A stretch of DNA of 64,000 bases from Haliotis cracherodii. Its lineage: Eukaryota. A model generated the notes under the pieces. It was not told the DNA's origin. It did no database searches and saw nothing but the letters and a program-made list of their open reading frames with translations. Of the stretch, positions 40,501 through 52,500 are shown one piece after another. The stretch lies in NCBI RefSeq assembly GCF_022045235.1, contig NW_027266267.1:26350001-26414000 (forward strand), read 5' to 3'. Made by a program: the position numbers and the translations under genes. Position 1 is the first letter of the stretch, and every line of letters starts with the position of its first letter.

Positions 40501-43500
40501 GGAACACTGGACCCTCCTTAATTTAGAATGCTCAATGTCAAACTATTTTGCCTTCAATCTGGTTATTTTTGAATGAGAACCAGTCATACAAACTTGATAA
40601 ATGCTTAAATTCGACCCTTGACTGTTAGCCGACTTGTGCCTTATAAGCATAAAATAATGGTATAGTACTTTGAACACATAAGTGTGTGGAATCTAGCCCT
40701 TAAGTACCAATATACACATTATTTAATCAGAAGCCTGAATCTAGTAAATTTCTGTCCAGTAAGTTCAACTCTCAATTGTCTATATCAGTATATGTTAACA
40801 TTTAAAGCTTATCAAATGTTAGACGAGTTTGGGTCACGTCAATTTTTTGGGGCATTTTGGAATACAATACATAAATGGCCTAATAATATAGAGGGATTTG
40901 AAACCTAGAATTATTTCACATATGAATATACCTAGCACTTGCATGTCGCAGTAACAGATCCGTGATGATGTACATATGTATCTAATGCTGATTAATGTAT
41001 TTGTTTATGACCTGTCAGACTTGTCGGGGATGTGGTTCTGTGTACTGGCTTTCTGTCCTACTCGGGGCCATTCAACCAAGAGTTCCGCACCAAACTGTTG
41101 ACCAATTGGCAGAAGGAAATGTTCAAGAGAAAGATTCCCTTCACTCATGACTTGAATGTCACCTCCATGCTAGTGGACACAGCCACTGTAAGTACACCGT
41201 AGCATCCTATTAAATATGTATGTCATATTTATGTCCATGCTAAATACTAGCTATATCACGTCTATACCCAATCAATATCACACCAACATCCCTTCTATAT
41301 CACGTCTATACCCAATCTATGTCACATTAATATCCGTTCTTTATCACATCTTATCCCGTCTATGACACATCTACATCGTCTATATCTCTTCAGTCTTAAT
41401 TAACATTAGGGTTATGGCAAGGAATCCTTGACCTTCATACTTAATATTGAACACTGATGACTTACAACATCTGTATGATGCCTTTATCCCATCTATTAAA
41501 ACATTGCACTAAGTACAAACGTATGAAATATGTCAAACTCTGTATAAGCCTCTATGCAATGTAGCAATATCCCTAACCGTCTGTTTTTACATGCTGTTGC
41601 ACTTCAAACTTTCGATGCATTGCAATTCTCAATTGCCCGATATCAAGACATTGATGGCACAAATTATTCAAGACTTGTGAAAAAATTGTAGTTGAAGAAT
41701 ATCAAATCAATATCTTAACAAATGAATTAATATTACTTCCAGTAGAACGTAGATACCTGTGCACATATACAAAATCTTATCTAAATAAATGTTCAATTTG
41801 GTATAGATCGATGTCTCTTTTACCTTGGGTGCCACCATCTTTGAACCAAGTTCCATTTATGGAAATGGACCTCTTGCATTAGGGCTAACAAAAATCGAAC
41901 AGATTCTTGAAATGGCCAAATGAATGATCTCAACTAAGGCTAAGCTGTTAAAACTGTATGCTAAATCAACACAACAATATAAGGACTGATACCATGAGAT
42001 CTGGTCGTGTCATACTGCCTCAAAGAGGGTACTGACGTTAGCTTATTGTAACATGGTGAGGTCAACTTCACCTGCTTGCACGCTGGTAAAAATGACTACT
42101 GAGAAGTTAAGGGTATACAGGTCTGGAATTCTACATTGTAGATACTATCAAAATGCTTGTGCAGGAGTGGTAGAACTGTTGCAATAGTATCACATTAGTA
42201 TTTTTAACTATTGGATTGCTGTTGCAGTAGATATTTTGCCCCTTTTAAGTTTAACATAGGTAGTATGTTATGTATTGGTGCCCCGTGAAGATCTGGGTTA
42301 GAATAGGTCTTCAGCCACCCATTCTTGCTGAAAGAGGAGACTATACTTGTCGTAAGAGGCGACTGATGGGATCGGGTGGTCAGACTCAGTGACTTGGTTG
42401 ATGCATGTCATCGTATCCCAATTACATATATCAGTGTTCATGATGTCAATCGTAGGTTTGTCTGGTCCAGACTTGATTAGTTATACACTGAAATATTGCT
42501 GAGTGTGGCATTATAAAACAAATAAAAGAACAAACAAAACGTGGTTGGTCTATGCCTAACATGGAAAGTCATACATGATCAAGATTGTTTATTCTGTCTT
42601 GGACTTTGTAAGTGCAAGGTGTTATAGTAAGCCCAGTGTTAGAAATTGGCACTAGTCCTTAAAAAATTATAGTCAGTGCAAAACTGCCCAATAGTTAAGA
42701 TATTCTGAGGACCAGTAGAAATTTGCCCTTTTTAAGGTAAATCTTTGAAAGGCATTTAGAAGTGATGCACATCATGAATGGAACTTCTTTATTATGAGAA
42801 ACAGAATGTTTCGGAAGAAGTAAGTATACCTCAAAACATAATAAAAAAAAGTCGACAACCATAGATTCTATTCCTTTTTAAGGTTTTTGCTTTATGTTAT
42901 CATTATAAGGACAAGTGGTCTAAAACTGTTAGTTTATATCGCTGCTTGTAGTAACCCTCACAGCACATTACAGTTTAAACTGAGTAATAGAGAAGAATTA
43001 AATTGCAAGAATTATCATGTTCTAAACAAGAAGTCACCACAACAAACTTATCATGAGTTTAGGGACATCAAAATATCACTGACCCTTTACGTTTCAGATT
43101 GGAGAGTGGAATATCCAGGGTTTGCCCAATGATGACCTGTCTGTACAGAACGGCATCATCACAACGAAGGCCACCCGCTACCCACTTCTGATTGATCCAC
43201 AGGGGCAGGGCAAGAGCTGGATCAAAAACAGGGAGAAAGATCATGACCTGCAGGTAAGTACATGTAGCTGCAGCAAGACAGGCAATTGTTTATTTTGGTC
43301 TTCAAAGTTGTTTTCTTGCTCAACTTCCTGGCAGTGTAACTCAATATCAGCCTCACTGACCAATGTTCAATGTAAACAAATCTTGTAAAAGTCTGGACTT
43401 TATGCAGGAGGATACAAGTTGTGTGCAGCTTTGGACAGTATTGCCTGATTTAGGATGAAGTGATGCAGGTCTTGGATGTTTAAGCCCTGAAGGGATTCTG

Positions 43501-46500
43501 GATAAGAATTGGTCCCCAACAACCTGAACTTATGAGAGGTCATTAAATGGATGAAATGGTCAGACTTGGTGAATTGGTTGATAGCTTGTCAGATTACTAC
43601 TTTGTATGGCCAAGAATGAATTATTTCCAGACTGCAGCCATAAGGCCCTCGATCATAAATTCCTGTCGATACCTATGGAAATCTAAGGCAACAAAGATAA
43701 TTGTACCACCCATGGCCCCCATTGCCCTTGAGATCTGCAGTCTAGCGTAAATACTGCTCTTGGAGGATTGTCTTTGCCTCTGTAGGACAAGACTAACCTT
43801 CCTGAGGAAATCCCTTCATTTTTTTATTTGCCGATAAAGGATTCTGTGAAGCAAAAGCTGAACTCCATTTGAATGCTTCATGAACTCAATCGTTATGATA
43901 TGTTGATGATGTGACCTGAACTAGAATTCTGTATTGTCCATTAACAACTCAGAACAAACAGCCTCAATTGCAATACCCCACGGCTGTAGTCAATAAATCA
44001 GCAAAAAATAAGAAAGCATCTGTATGAAGAGGGTCATCCTTCAGATGACAGCTTTACCATATCAGTTTAGGTCTAACAGGGTTTAACCTCTTTGTTTTGG
44101 GGGACATGGTTTTTGTGTCCACCTGCACATAGTGTTCTTAGCGCTACAACTTCATGTATTGTACGTTTATGCTAAAGGCTAGGTTACAATAATGCTGATT
44201 GTTTTGTGCCCTGGTTTAGGATCAAAACGTCCTTGGTTCAATTTCCTGCTTGTGACTCAGATATTTTATGGATGCTTCATAAAAACATAATGTACATTGT
44301 GATAAAATTCAGTCTTGTGAGGTTGTTTTTGTTGAGACAAAGTTAATATTTTACAAAGGTAATAATAATGTTAAAGACTAACATTTGTGTATCAGGCCAC
44401 ATCAATCTCATTCAAGCAGGTCTTTTACTCCTTTATGATACCATTCTGCTGAAGATCTAACAAACACTCCATTGGAGGTCACATCAGGTGAGCAAACTTT
44501 GACCACCAAATCCAAATAAACGATGCTTAGGTTTTTCACCCTATCAGATGTTATTTCTTTTAAAAACTTCAACTTTCTCATTTTCGTCACTTCCGAAATT
44601 TTAATCTTAACAAAAGAAAACCCACGATGATACATCTGACTTTTCATGAATATTATGTGGCATGTAGCAAAGTAAAACATCATCTTTAGAAATAAAGGCT
44701 ACTTCTGTGTATCAGTCAGTATAAGACAGTCCAGAGAAAAAAATCAAAGTTAATCAGAACTTTCATAAAATTGTTCATAGCTTCCGCGCACCAGGCTACC
44801 CACCAGGCCTGGGGACAATACTGCCATAAACCTCACCCCCATTCTCCAGACACAAGGACAACTGTCTCAAGCGTGCAATATATGACCTTTCTCCATGTTG
44901 AAGCATATAGAAAAAACAAACAAACCTTTTGTAGAAAAAAAACAAGACAACATTGTAAACAAAAGACATTAATAGCGCCAACAACATATATTGTGTTCCC
45001 ACTGGCTTTTGAAACTTGTCAGTCACGCTGGACTGGCAGCTCTAAATATTACCAGTCCCCCCAACTGGTTTTATTTTTCTTTCATCACGTTCAATGCAGA
45101 CAAAGTAGACAGAGGGAAACCCTGATGACAACAGACAAGTTGACTTTGTTTTGTATTGTATATCACAGATGTTTTGTGGAACAACGAGGATTTTTTCAGG
45201 TACTTTTTTTTTTTGGCCGGTCCACTAGATTAATCAGAAAAAAAAGATTACAAACCAAACGTATTTGCAATCGGGAGCTTAACTTAAAAGTCGAATAAGT
45301 TTTAAATGGAAAGTGATTGTGTAAAACAACTTAGACATCACTGGTACGTATTGCGCCTCTGGGCACACAATATCCAGTATTGATGCGTTAATTATTACAA
45401 ACATACAGCAACGTCACAGAAACCAATCCTTGATCTAATCCTGCACAATGATATGCAGCCTTTATAATTTCCATTTTGAACTGCCTGTTTATGGTAATTT
45501 CAGCATACTGAAATCAGATAAGCTGCTCTGACTGATTACTCCTACTGCAGGTGACGTCCCTAAATCACAAATACTTCCGCAGTCATTTGGAAGATGCCCT
45601 CTCCTTGGGGCGACCTCTGTTGTTAGAGGATGTGGAGGAAGACTTGGACCCTGCTCTTGACAATGTTCTTGAGAAGAACTTTATCAAATCTGGATCTACT
45701 TTCAAGGTAAGTTCACCCTAATTACAGAAAGTTCAACAGAGATTGTTTGTGACATTTGAACTAAATGATACTATTGTTAATGTTTAATAAGATTAACAAA
45801 TTATTATTTTCAAATGCAGAATCATTTTCTATTAGGGGCCAGTCACAAGATGTGAACTTGTTCAATATATAGTTATTTTCAGAACATGATAAAGCAGGCT
45901 TTGCCCTCTTGCACTTGTTCATATATGTGCGAAATACAATGTTTTTTTTCCATTTATGGAATTACAAGCATACTGTTGACAGTTGCAGGGGTAGATGTGC
46001 CATTGGTTATATATCCAACTGGTCTGCAACTTGTTTCGGACTAGTGATTTATGTAACATTACTAGATGTTGGGTGAAAACAACTAGCCCCTCTAGCTTCT
46101 CACTTGGACTAGTCCCCATGATTAACGATGCAGTTGTCCTAGCTCCTACAGACTGATGATGCTGAGAATATGGTTATGGTTTCAGGTGAAGGTTGGTGAC
46201 AAGGAAGTAGATGTGATGAAAGGCTTCTACCTCTACGTAACCACAAAGCTCCCAAATCCATCCTACACTCCAGAAGTAAGCAATTGTTACAATGTAGTTA
46301 AACTTGTGATTTCTTTGTTACTTGTATTGAAATATAGGTGGAATAAGACCCTATTCTTTAGTTGAATTTAGAAGTTGTATATGTCACTAATGTCAAGAGA
46401 TTAATTGGGTCAAATTTTGAGTTTTGTCTTAGGAACTCTGTAATAAGTTTTGTGGTCATATTCATGAACATGAGGGTTCCAGGATGGTGACATGCTTCAA

Positions 46501-49500
46501 CTGATTTCCAAGAATTTATGGATGGTACATCATCGCCCATTATAGATGGTAATTTTAATGTTTAATGCACTGAACTCTGAGTGTCTTACCAGAATAAATT
46601 TGTCAGATGTGTAACTTGCAATCTACAATTTTGATTGGTTTTAAGAGCTATACCGATTTGGAGTCCCCTAATCCTTGCAATGTTAATTACTCATGTTCAT
46701 TCTCAATTTGTGTGGATGTAGGATGCAGGATTTTGCATTTCGGTAAAACCATGAGATGGCATGGATGATCAACCTCTTTATTACCGGTACAATAGCAGTG
46801 ATGATTCTATTTGGATTCCAACACCATTATCCAGCTAGTGATCATGTCACTTCAAATGTGATGCAGAAGATGACCATCTGTATCACTTTGTCATTTTGCC
46901 CTTTATTGGTTGCCATGTGGGGATTCCGGGTAAGAATACAAACCCCTAGCAACCTATTCTTGTCGTAAGAGGCAACTACATGAATTGGGTGGTTAAGCTT
47001 GGTAACTTGGGTGAGTGAATGATCACATCACGATGGAGTGGATCATTGCTCACATCATCAATCACTGCAGGGTTCCTACATGCTTGAAGAGGCCTTGAAT
47101 TCAAAGGTCCCACTTGAAAAGACTTGATATCTACTGTCAGCCGTGAAAAGCGTTGAAAACCACCAATAATACCTTGAAAAGACTTGAATTTGTATAACAG
47201 TACAAAAAAAACTTGTTAATAAAAGTGTTAAAAAACACTTACATATGTATCAAGGATGTTTAAGTATGATTAATCACTGTGATAGATTTGTGTGCCAAAG
47301 AGGTTATGACACTTAATTTATTTTTGTTAATTGTGAAAATTTGTGATATTCATACTGCACTTGAGGTCTGCACTATGTTCAAGTGCACTGTGACGTCAAA
47401 TCAGCGTAATGGTATAACAGTACTCTTGAAAATCACATTTGTGAAACCATTTGAGTAAATTATACAGCTCATCTTTGGACTTTTGTATTCTATCATTTAA
47501 AAAAGCCTTGAAAATGACTTTCATATCTGTATGAACCTGCACTGGATTAACTGTTCCAGACACGATTGTGCCACAGTGCAGCATTGATTTCAGTGGTATA
47601 TGTTATTTACATTAAATTGTATTGTAGGATTTGGTGACATGTTTGTCTGATGTTGCAGGTGAGTGCCAAAACCTCCATCATTGACTTCACTGTCACCATG
47701 AAGGGTCTGGAGGACCAGCTGCTGGGTAGAGTTATCCTCACTGAGAAAAGTGTAAGAGAAGGATAGAAAAGTAGTATTTTATCAAGTCTGCCACAGGATG
47801 CTTATATAGATGTTTAGGTGTGCCCTTTACAATTGAAGTGTACCAACTAGAAGGATAACTTTAATCTTTCATCAAATTTGGCAAATATCATTTCACCTTG
47901 GCTGGATGATCCGCACTTGAAACTTTTAAAGTTTGGCCCCTTCCTATTTATCATTGACATCAATAATCATGTTAGTACCCCTTTCTCTTCTGAATCCCCA
48001 TATTCATATGTTCATTTTTTTCTGTGTTGTCATGTTTATTTGTGGTTTCATGTTATAAACATTATATGGTTGCCCTACAGGCAAATGAAACATAGTGTAA
48101 CTTTCTTAAACATTTTTTGGGCAATAAAATTCAAGGCCCTTAGTCTGTGAAAATTTAGTTAAACTGCAAAGAAATATGTATACAGATAATTTTAAGAACA
48201 TGTACATATTAATTCTTATAATGACATCATGCAATCTGGCTACAGATAGCGTAGTCATGGAACTTATGATGCCTGCATATAGCCCAGTCATGGATGCCTA
48301 CAGATAGCCTAGTCAAGGATGCCTACAGATAGTCTTGTCATGAAGCTAATAATGCCTACAGATAGCTTAGTCATGGAGCTAATCATACCTACAGAAAGCC
48401 TAGTCATGGACTCCTACAGATAGCCTAGTCATAGATGTCTACAGATAGCGCAAACATAAAGCTTAACATGCCTACACATAGCCTAGTCATGGAGCTTATG
48501 ATGCATACAGATAGCTTAGTCATGGATGCCGACAGATAGCCTAGTCATGAATGCCTACAGATAGACTAGTCATGGAGCTTAAGATGTCTGCAGATAGCAT
48601 AGTCATGGACTCATGGTATCTTCCCTTGACCAATATCTTAGCAGCCTTTCAAGATAATGTGTGATCTATGGATAATACCTTGTAACATATTCAAATTAGC
48701 TAGAGATAATCTCATGATAGATTGTAAATCCTTTGTGGTCTAATATTCAGGGAATATATTGATCCTATTGTTGATCATTTATTTTATCTGTACCACAGTG
48801 ATGTTGTTTTTGCTACAGGAGCTGGAAGCTGAGCGTGCGCAACTGTTGGTTGATGTGACAGCCAACAAACGTAAGATGCAGGAATTGGAGGATAACCTGC
48901 TGTACAAGCTGACCAGCACAAAGGTAGCTGACAACATCCTTTACTTAGTGTTCTATTAACTCACCTCCCATAATGCTTGTACAAGCTGACCAGTCATAGG
49001 TAGCTGCAGCTGACAACACCCTTTACTTAGTGTTCTATAAACTCATCTCCCATAATGCTTGTACAAGCTGACCAGCACAAAGGAAGCTGACAACATCCTT
49101 TACTTCGTGTTCTATTAACTCACCTCCCATAATGCTTGTACAAGCTGGCCAGCACAAAGGAAGCTGACAACATCCTTTACTTAGTGTTCTATTAACTCAC
49201 CTCCCATAATGCTTGTACAAGCTGGCCAGCACAAAGGAAGCTGACAACATCCTTTACTTAGTGTTCTATTAACTCACCTCCCATAATGCTTGTACAAGCT
49301 GACCAGCACAAAGGTAGCTCACAACATCTTTTACTTAGTGTTCTCCCACCCTTAAACATAGCTGCACAACGTTTAACAGTGGAACAGCTAGAGAACTTAT
49401 CCCCATACACTTGTGACATGTGGCCATGAATTTCTTGGGGGTACTTTTCTCTTAAGTCAAAAACTTCATGACTGCTCATTACTTGTTCTTTTCCATTTCT

Positions 49501-52500
49501 GTGTCTATTTGGACCCCTATCATGTTCAACTGGCTGTCACTAATATACAAACCGCCTCAACAGACTAAATACACTTGCAATGAACTCTTCAAACAATGTA
49601 CTATATTGACTAGTTCACTTTCTTATGGCCCATAGTTTAAAGTTCAGGCTTTTTGACCAGCCCTTAATTGTAATGGCTACTTGTTCTGCCTCCTTGTAAT
49701 AGAAATAAGCCTTCACAGCAGGATTCGTCCAAAAGGTGGGGCTTCCAGGTTAACAAGATCATGACTAATCAGATTTCACTTTGTCAGTGAGGACTTTAAA
49801 ATGCATTGGTACCTGTTGGACATTGACTATTTTTATCAGGAATGTTTTGAGGTGCCCATGAATGAGTTGTGTCCTACAGGGGTCTCTAGTAGATGACGAG
49901 TCTCTCATAGAGGTGCTGTCAGTCACCAAGATCACAGCTGCTGAAGTCAGTGTAAAACTGACAGTGGCTGCAGAGACGGAAATCAAGATCAATGAAGCTA
50001 GAGAAGAATTCAGACCAGGTTTGTTGCCAGTTTCATTTCTTTATTTAACAAAAGGGCAGTGTGAACCAACAGTGGAAATTTAATAATTAATATATTTGTG
50101 CTGGGATGCAACTAACCTAAGACAATTACCAGCCTAAATAGTGACAATGTATAAAGACACCACTAAAAAGCCTGAAATTCTTCTAGCCCTAAGGATATCT
50201 TTAACATCAGACAAACGGATTCTGACTCATGGGCTAGTGCAAAGGTGCTTCCTTGCATTAGGTATTCTAGAGCAAGAAGGGGCACAGACAGACCAGTCAT
50301 TCTGGTAGCCGTTAGTTATTCTGTACGGTGTGTTGCATCCCTCAGGCGTACCAGGAGCCTATGACCTTGGCTTTCCCAAATTCCGGTCCCTTTTTGTGAT
50401 TGATTAGTGTCAACATACCGGTAGATACTTTTTTTTCCACAATATGATTTTGACCCAAATGCATGTTACTTTCTCACTAGAACAGTTTTTGACAGTGAGC
50501 AATGGTCAAATTTTTCAGCACCATGAAACACAAACTATCATCCCACACATTGTATCAATAGAATAATTATTTGTGATCTAACTGATCTCTTAAATTCAGT
50601 GCTGCATCAGCAGTCTTGCAGCTACTCTGACCTACAATCCAACTTACGGATTCCTGGGATGGGTTGGTGTGTTACAATGACCAAACATCTGACTAAAATA
50701 GAGTCTTGGTGACCAGAATGGCTGTACATAGTTAGTGTAACTTTTTCTCTGCTGATCTGCTGAACTCATGATGGTCCGAGTTCGAATTTGTCTTCAGCTG
50801 CCCATGTTTGTTGTAAGACACAACTAACGAAATCAGGTGGCCAGTCTTGATTGCCTAGATTGTTGCTCATATTATCAATTCCAAGTCAGTGGTTGAAATT
50901 TAGCATGCAAGTCAAGGGGTACTTCTCACAACCGAGAGGTTGAAAGTATTAAGATTTGGAGGTCCCTAGATTGAAATACCATAGAAGACCGCAAGCACCC
51001 CCCAAGTTTCAATCACTGCGCAGAGACCAATCTATAAAAAACAAATCTCAATTTTAAAGAAAATAATAAATGTTTTTCCCAATTTGCCTGCCAAGCTAGG
51101 GCACTTAATTTGCAATCCTGTATAAGTCCTTGTGGCTGGTTTGTCTGATCCAGACTTGATTATTTGGAAGCTGACATCACAGCTAGAATATAACCGAGTG
51201 CAGTGTTCAACAATAAACAAAGGGTAATGAGAGGAATCAGTATTAATTATAATCTGTTGACTTGTTGCATTGATCAGCATTTTCTTTGCACAGAAGTGAG
51301 ACATAAATGTTCTCTTTCCAGTCAGAGGCAGATTGAATTATGACATTTTAGACTTGATCATGTAACATTGGGTTTGGACATGTATAATTAGGGATGTATG
51401 TGAACTTTTCAGTGGCCAACAGAGGAAGTAACCTGTACTTTCTGATCTGTGACATGAGTATCATCAACTGCATGTACCAGATCTCTCTCAACCAGTTCCT
51501 GGGCATCTTTGACATTTCAATGGCCAGGTCAGTTACAGTAGAACACTCAATAGGCATGACAAACAATAGCCTTTCCTATGGGATACCTGTCTACACTGGT
51601 GATGAATTAACAGAGACATACAATTCACTTTGTCATTGTTCAACTTCAGACTATGTCAGTGATATGTGCTAGAGACAATTGGCATTTGGACATATTCATG
51701 ATTCTATGAACTTTTTATAGGACATTCTGTCTTCCAAATTTGAGAAAAATCTTTAGGACATTTGGGATGACAATCAGTGTCCTAGAAGATTAATATACAA
51801 CCTTATGTTATGCTTTTATCAAACATACTGATACAATAGGGAGTTATCTATTTTTAGACATGGTGCCAATTGGTGTGATTGATAATTGATTATGACACCA
51901 TCGTGTGAGGGGGAAGGGATCGATTTTTGTCTTTCCCTTGAGGTGGGGTCACAGATTTCAACTTCCATCACGTTTGGGTAAATATTTAATGTAAATTAGG
52001 AAGTAATCGTAATTATGATCGCTGCATTTTCTCAATGACTATTTTCAAGGCTAAACAATGCCACGTATTACTTTAAATCTGTTCAACATTGAAGAATAAC
52101 TGATTTGATATAAGATGTAATTATATTAAATGGAATCCCATGCCACAGGAGCGAACATCAAGGACCTGATGACCTTAAGTTCAAACACTGAATTCATGTG
52201 AAATGAACATATTGTATTCATAAGATACAGGGCTCCAGGTAAAGCCTATATTAGTATTTGTACGGATGAAAATATGCTGGCGGTGAGAATAATTATGAAA
52301 ACATATCAGATACACATCATGGTATACATGTACAGTCTAACATTCATTTAAAGGTCTTTTTCCCCCAAATTGTCTTCTGATTTCAATCAGCATGTTTTCT
52401 TGAGTACAGTGTGCACTGTCTAAAAACACAACTGTGTAAAGGGGTGCACATTATACATGCCATGATGAGTTTTGATGTTTTTTCCCCAACACAGAGACAT

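Noticed and set aside
44771-45298. 175-aa ORF as a nested gene
   Set aside because: Non-ATG start, poly-A/T-driven composition, no motifs; intronic, probably repeat-derived
48239-49344. CRISPR-like regularly spaced repeats
   Set aside because: No unique spacers, no cas genes, eukaryotic intron; both arrays are plain tandem repeats
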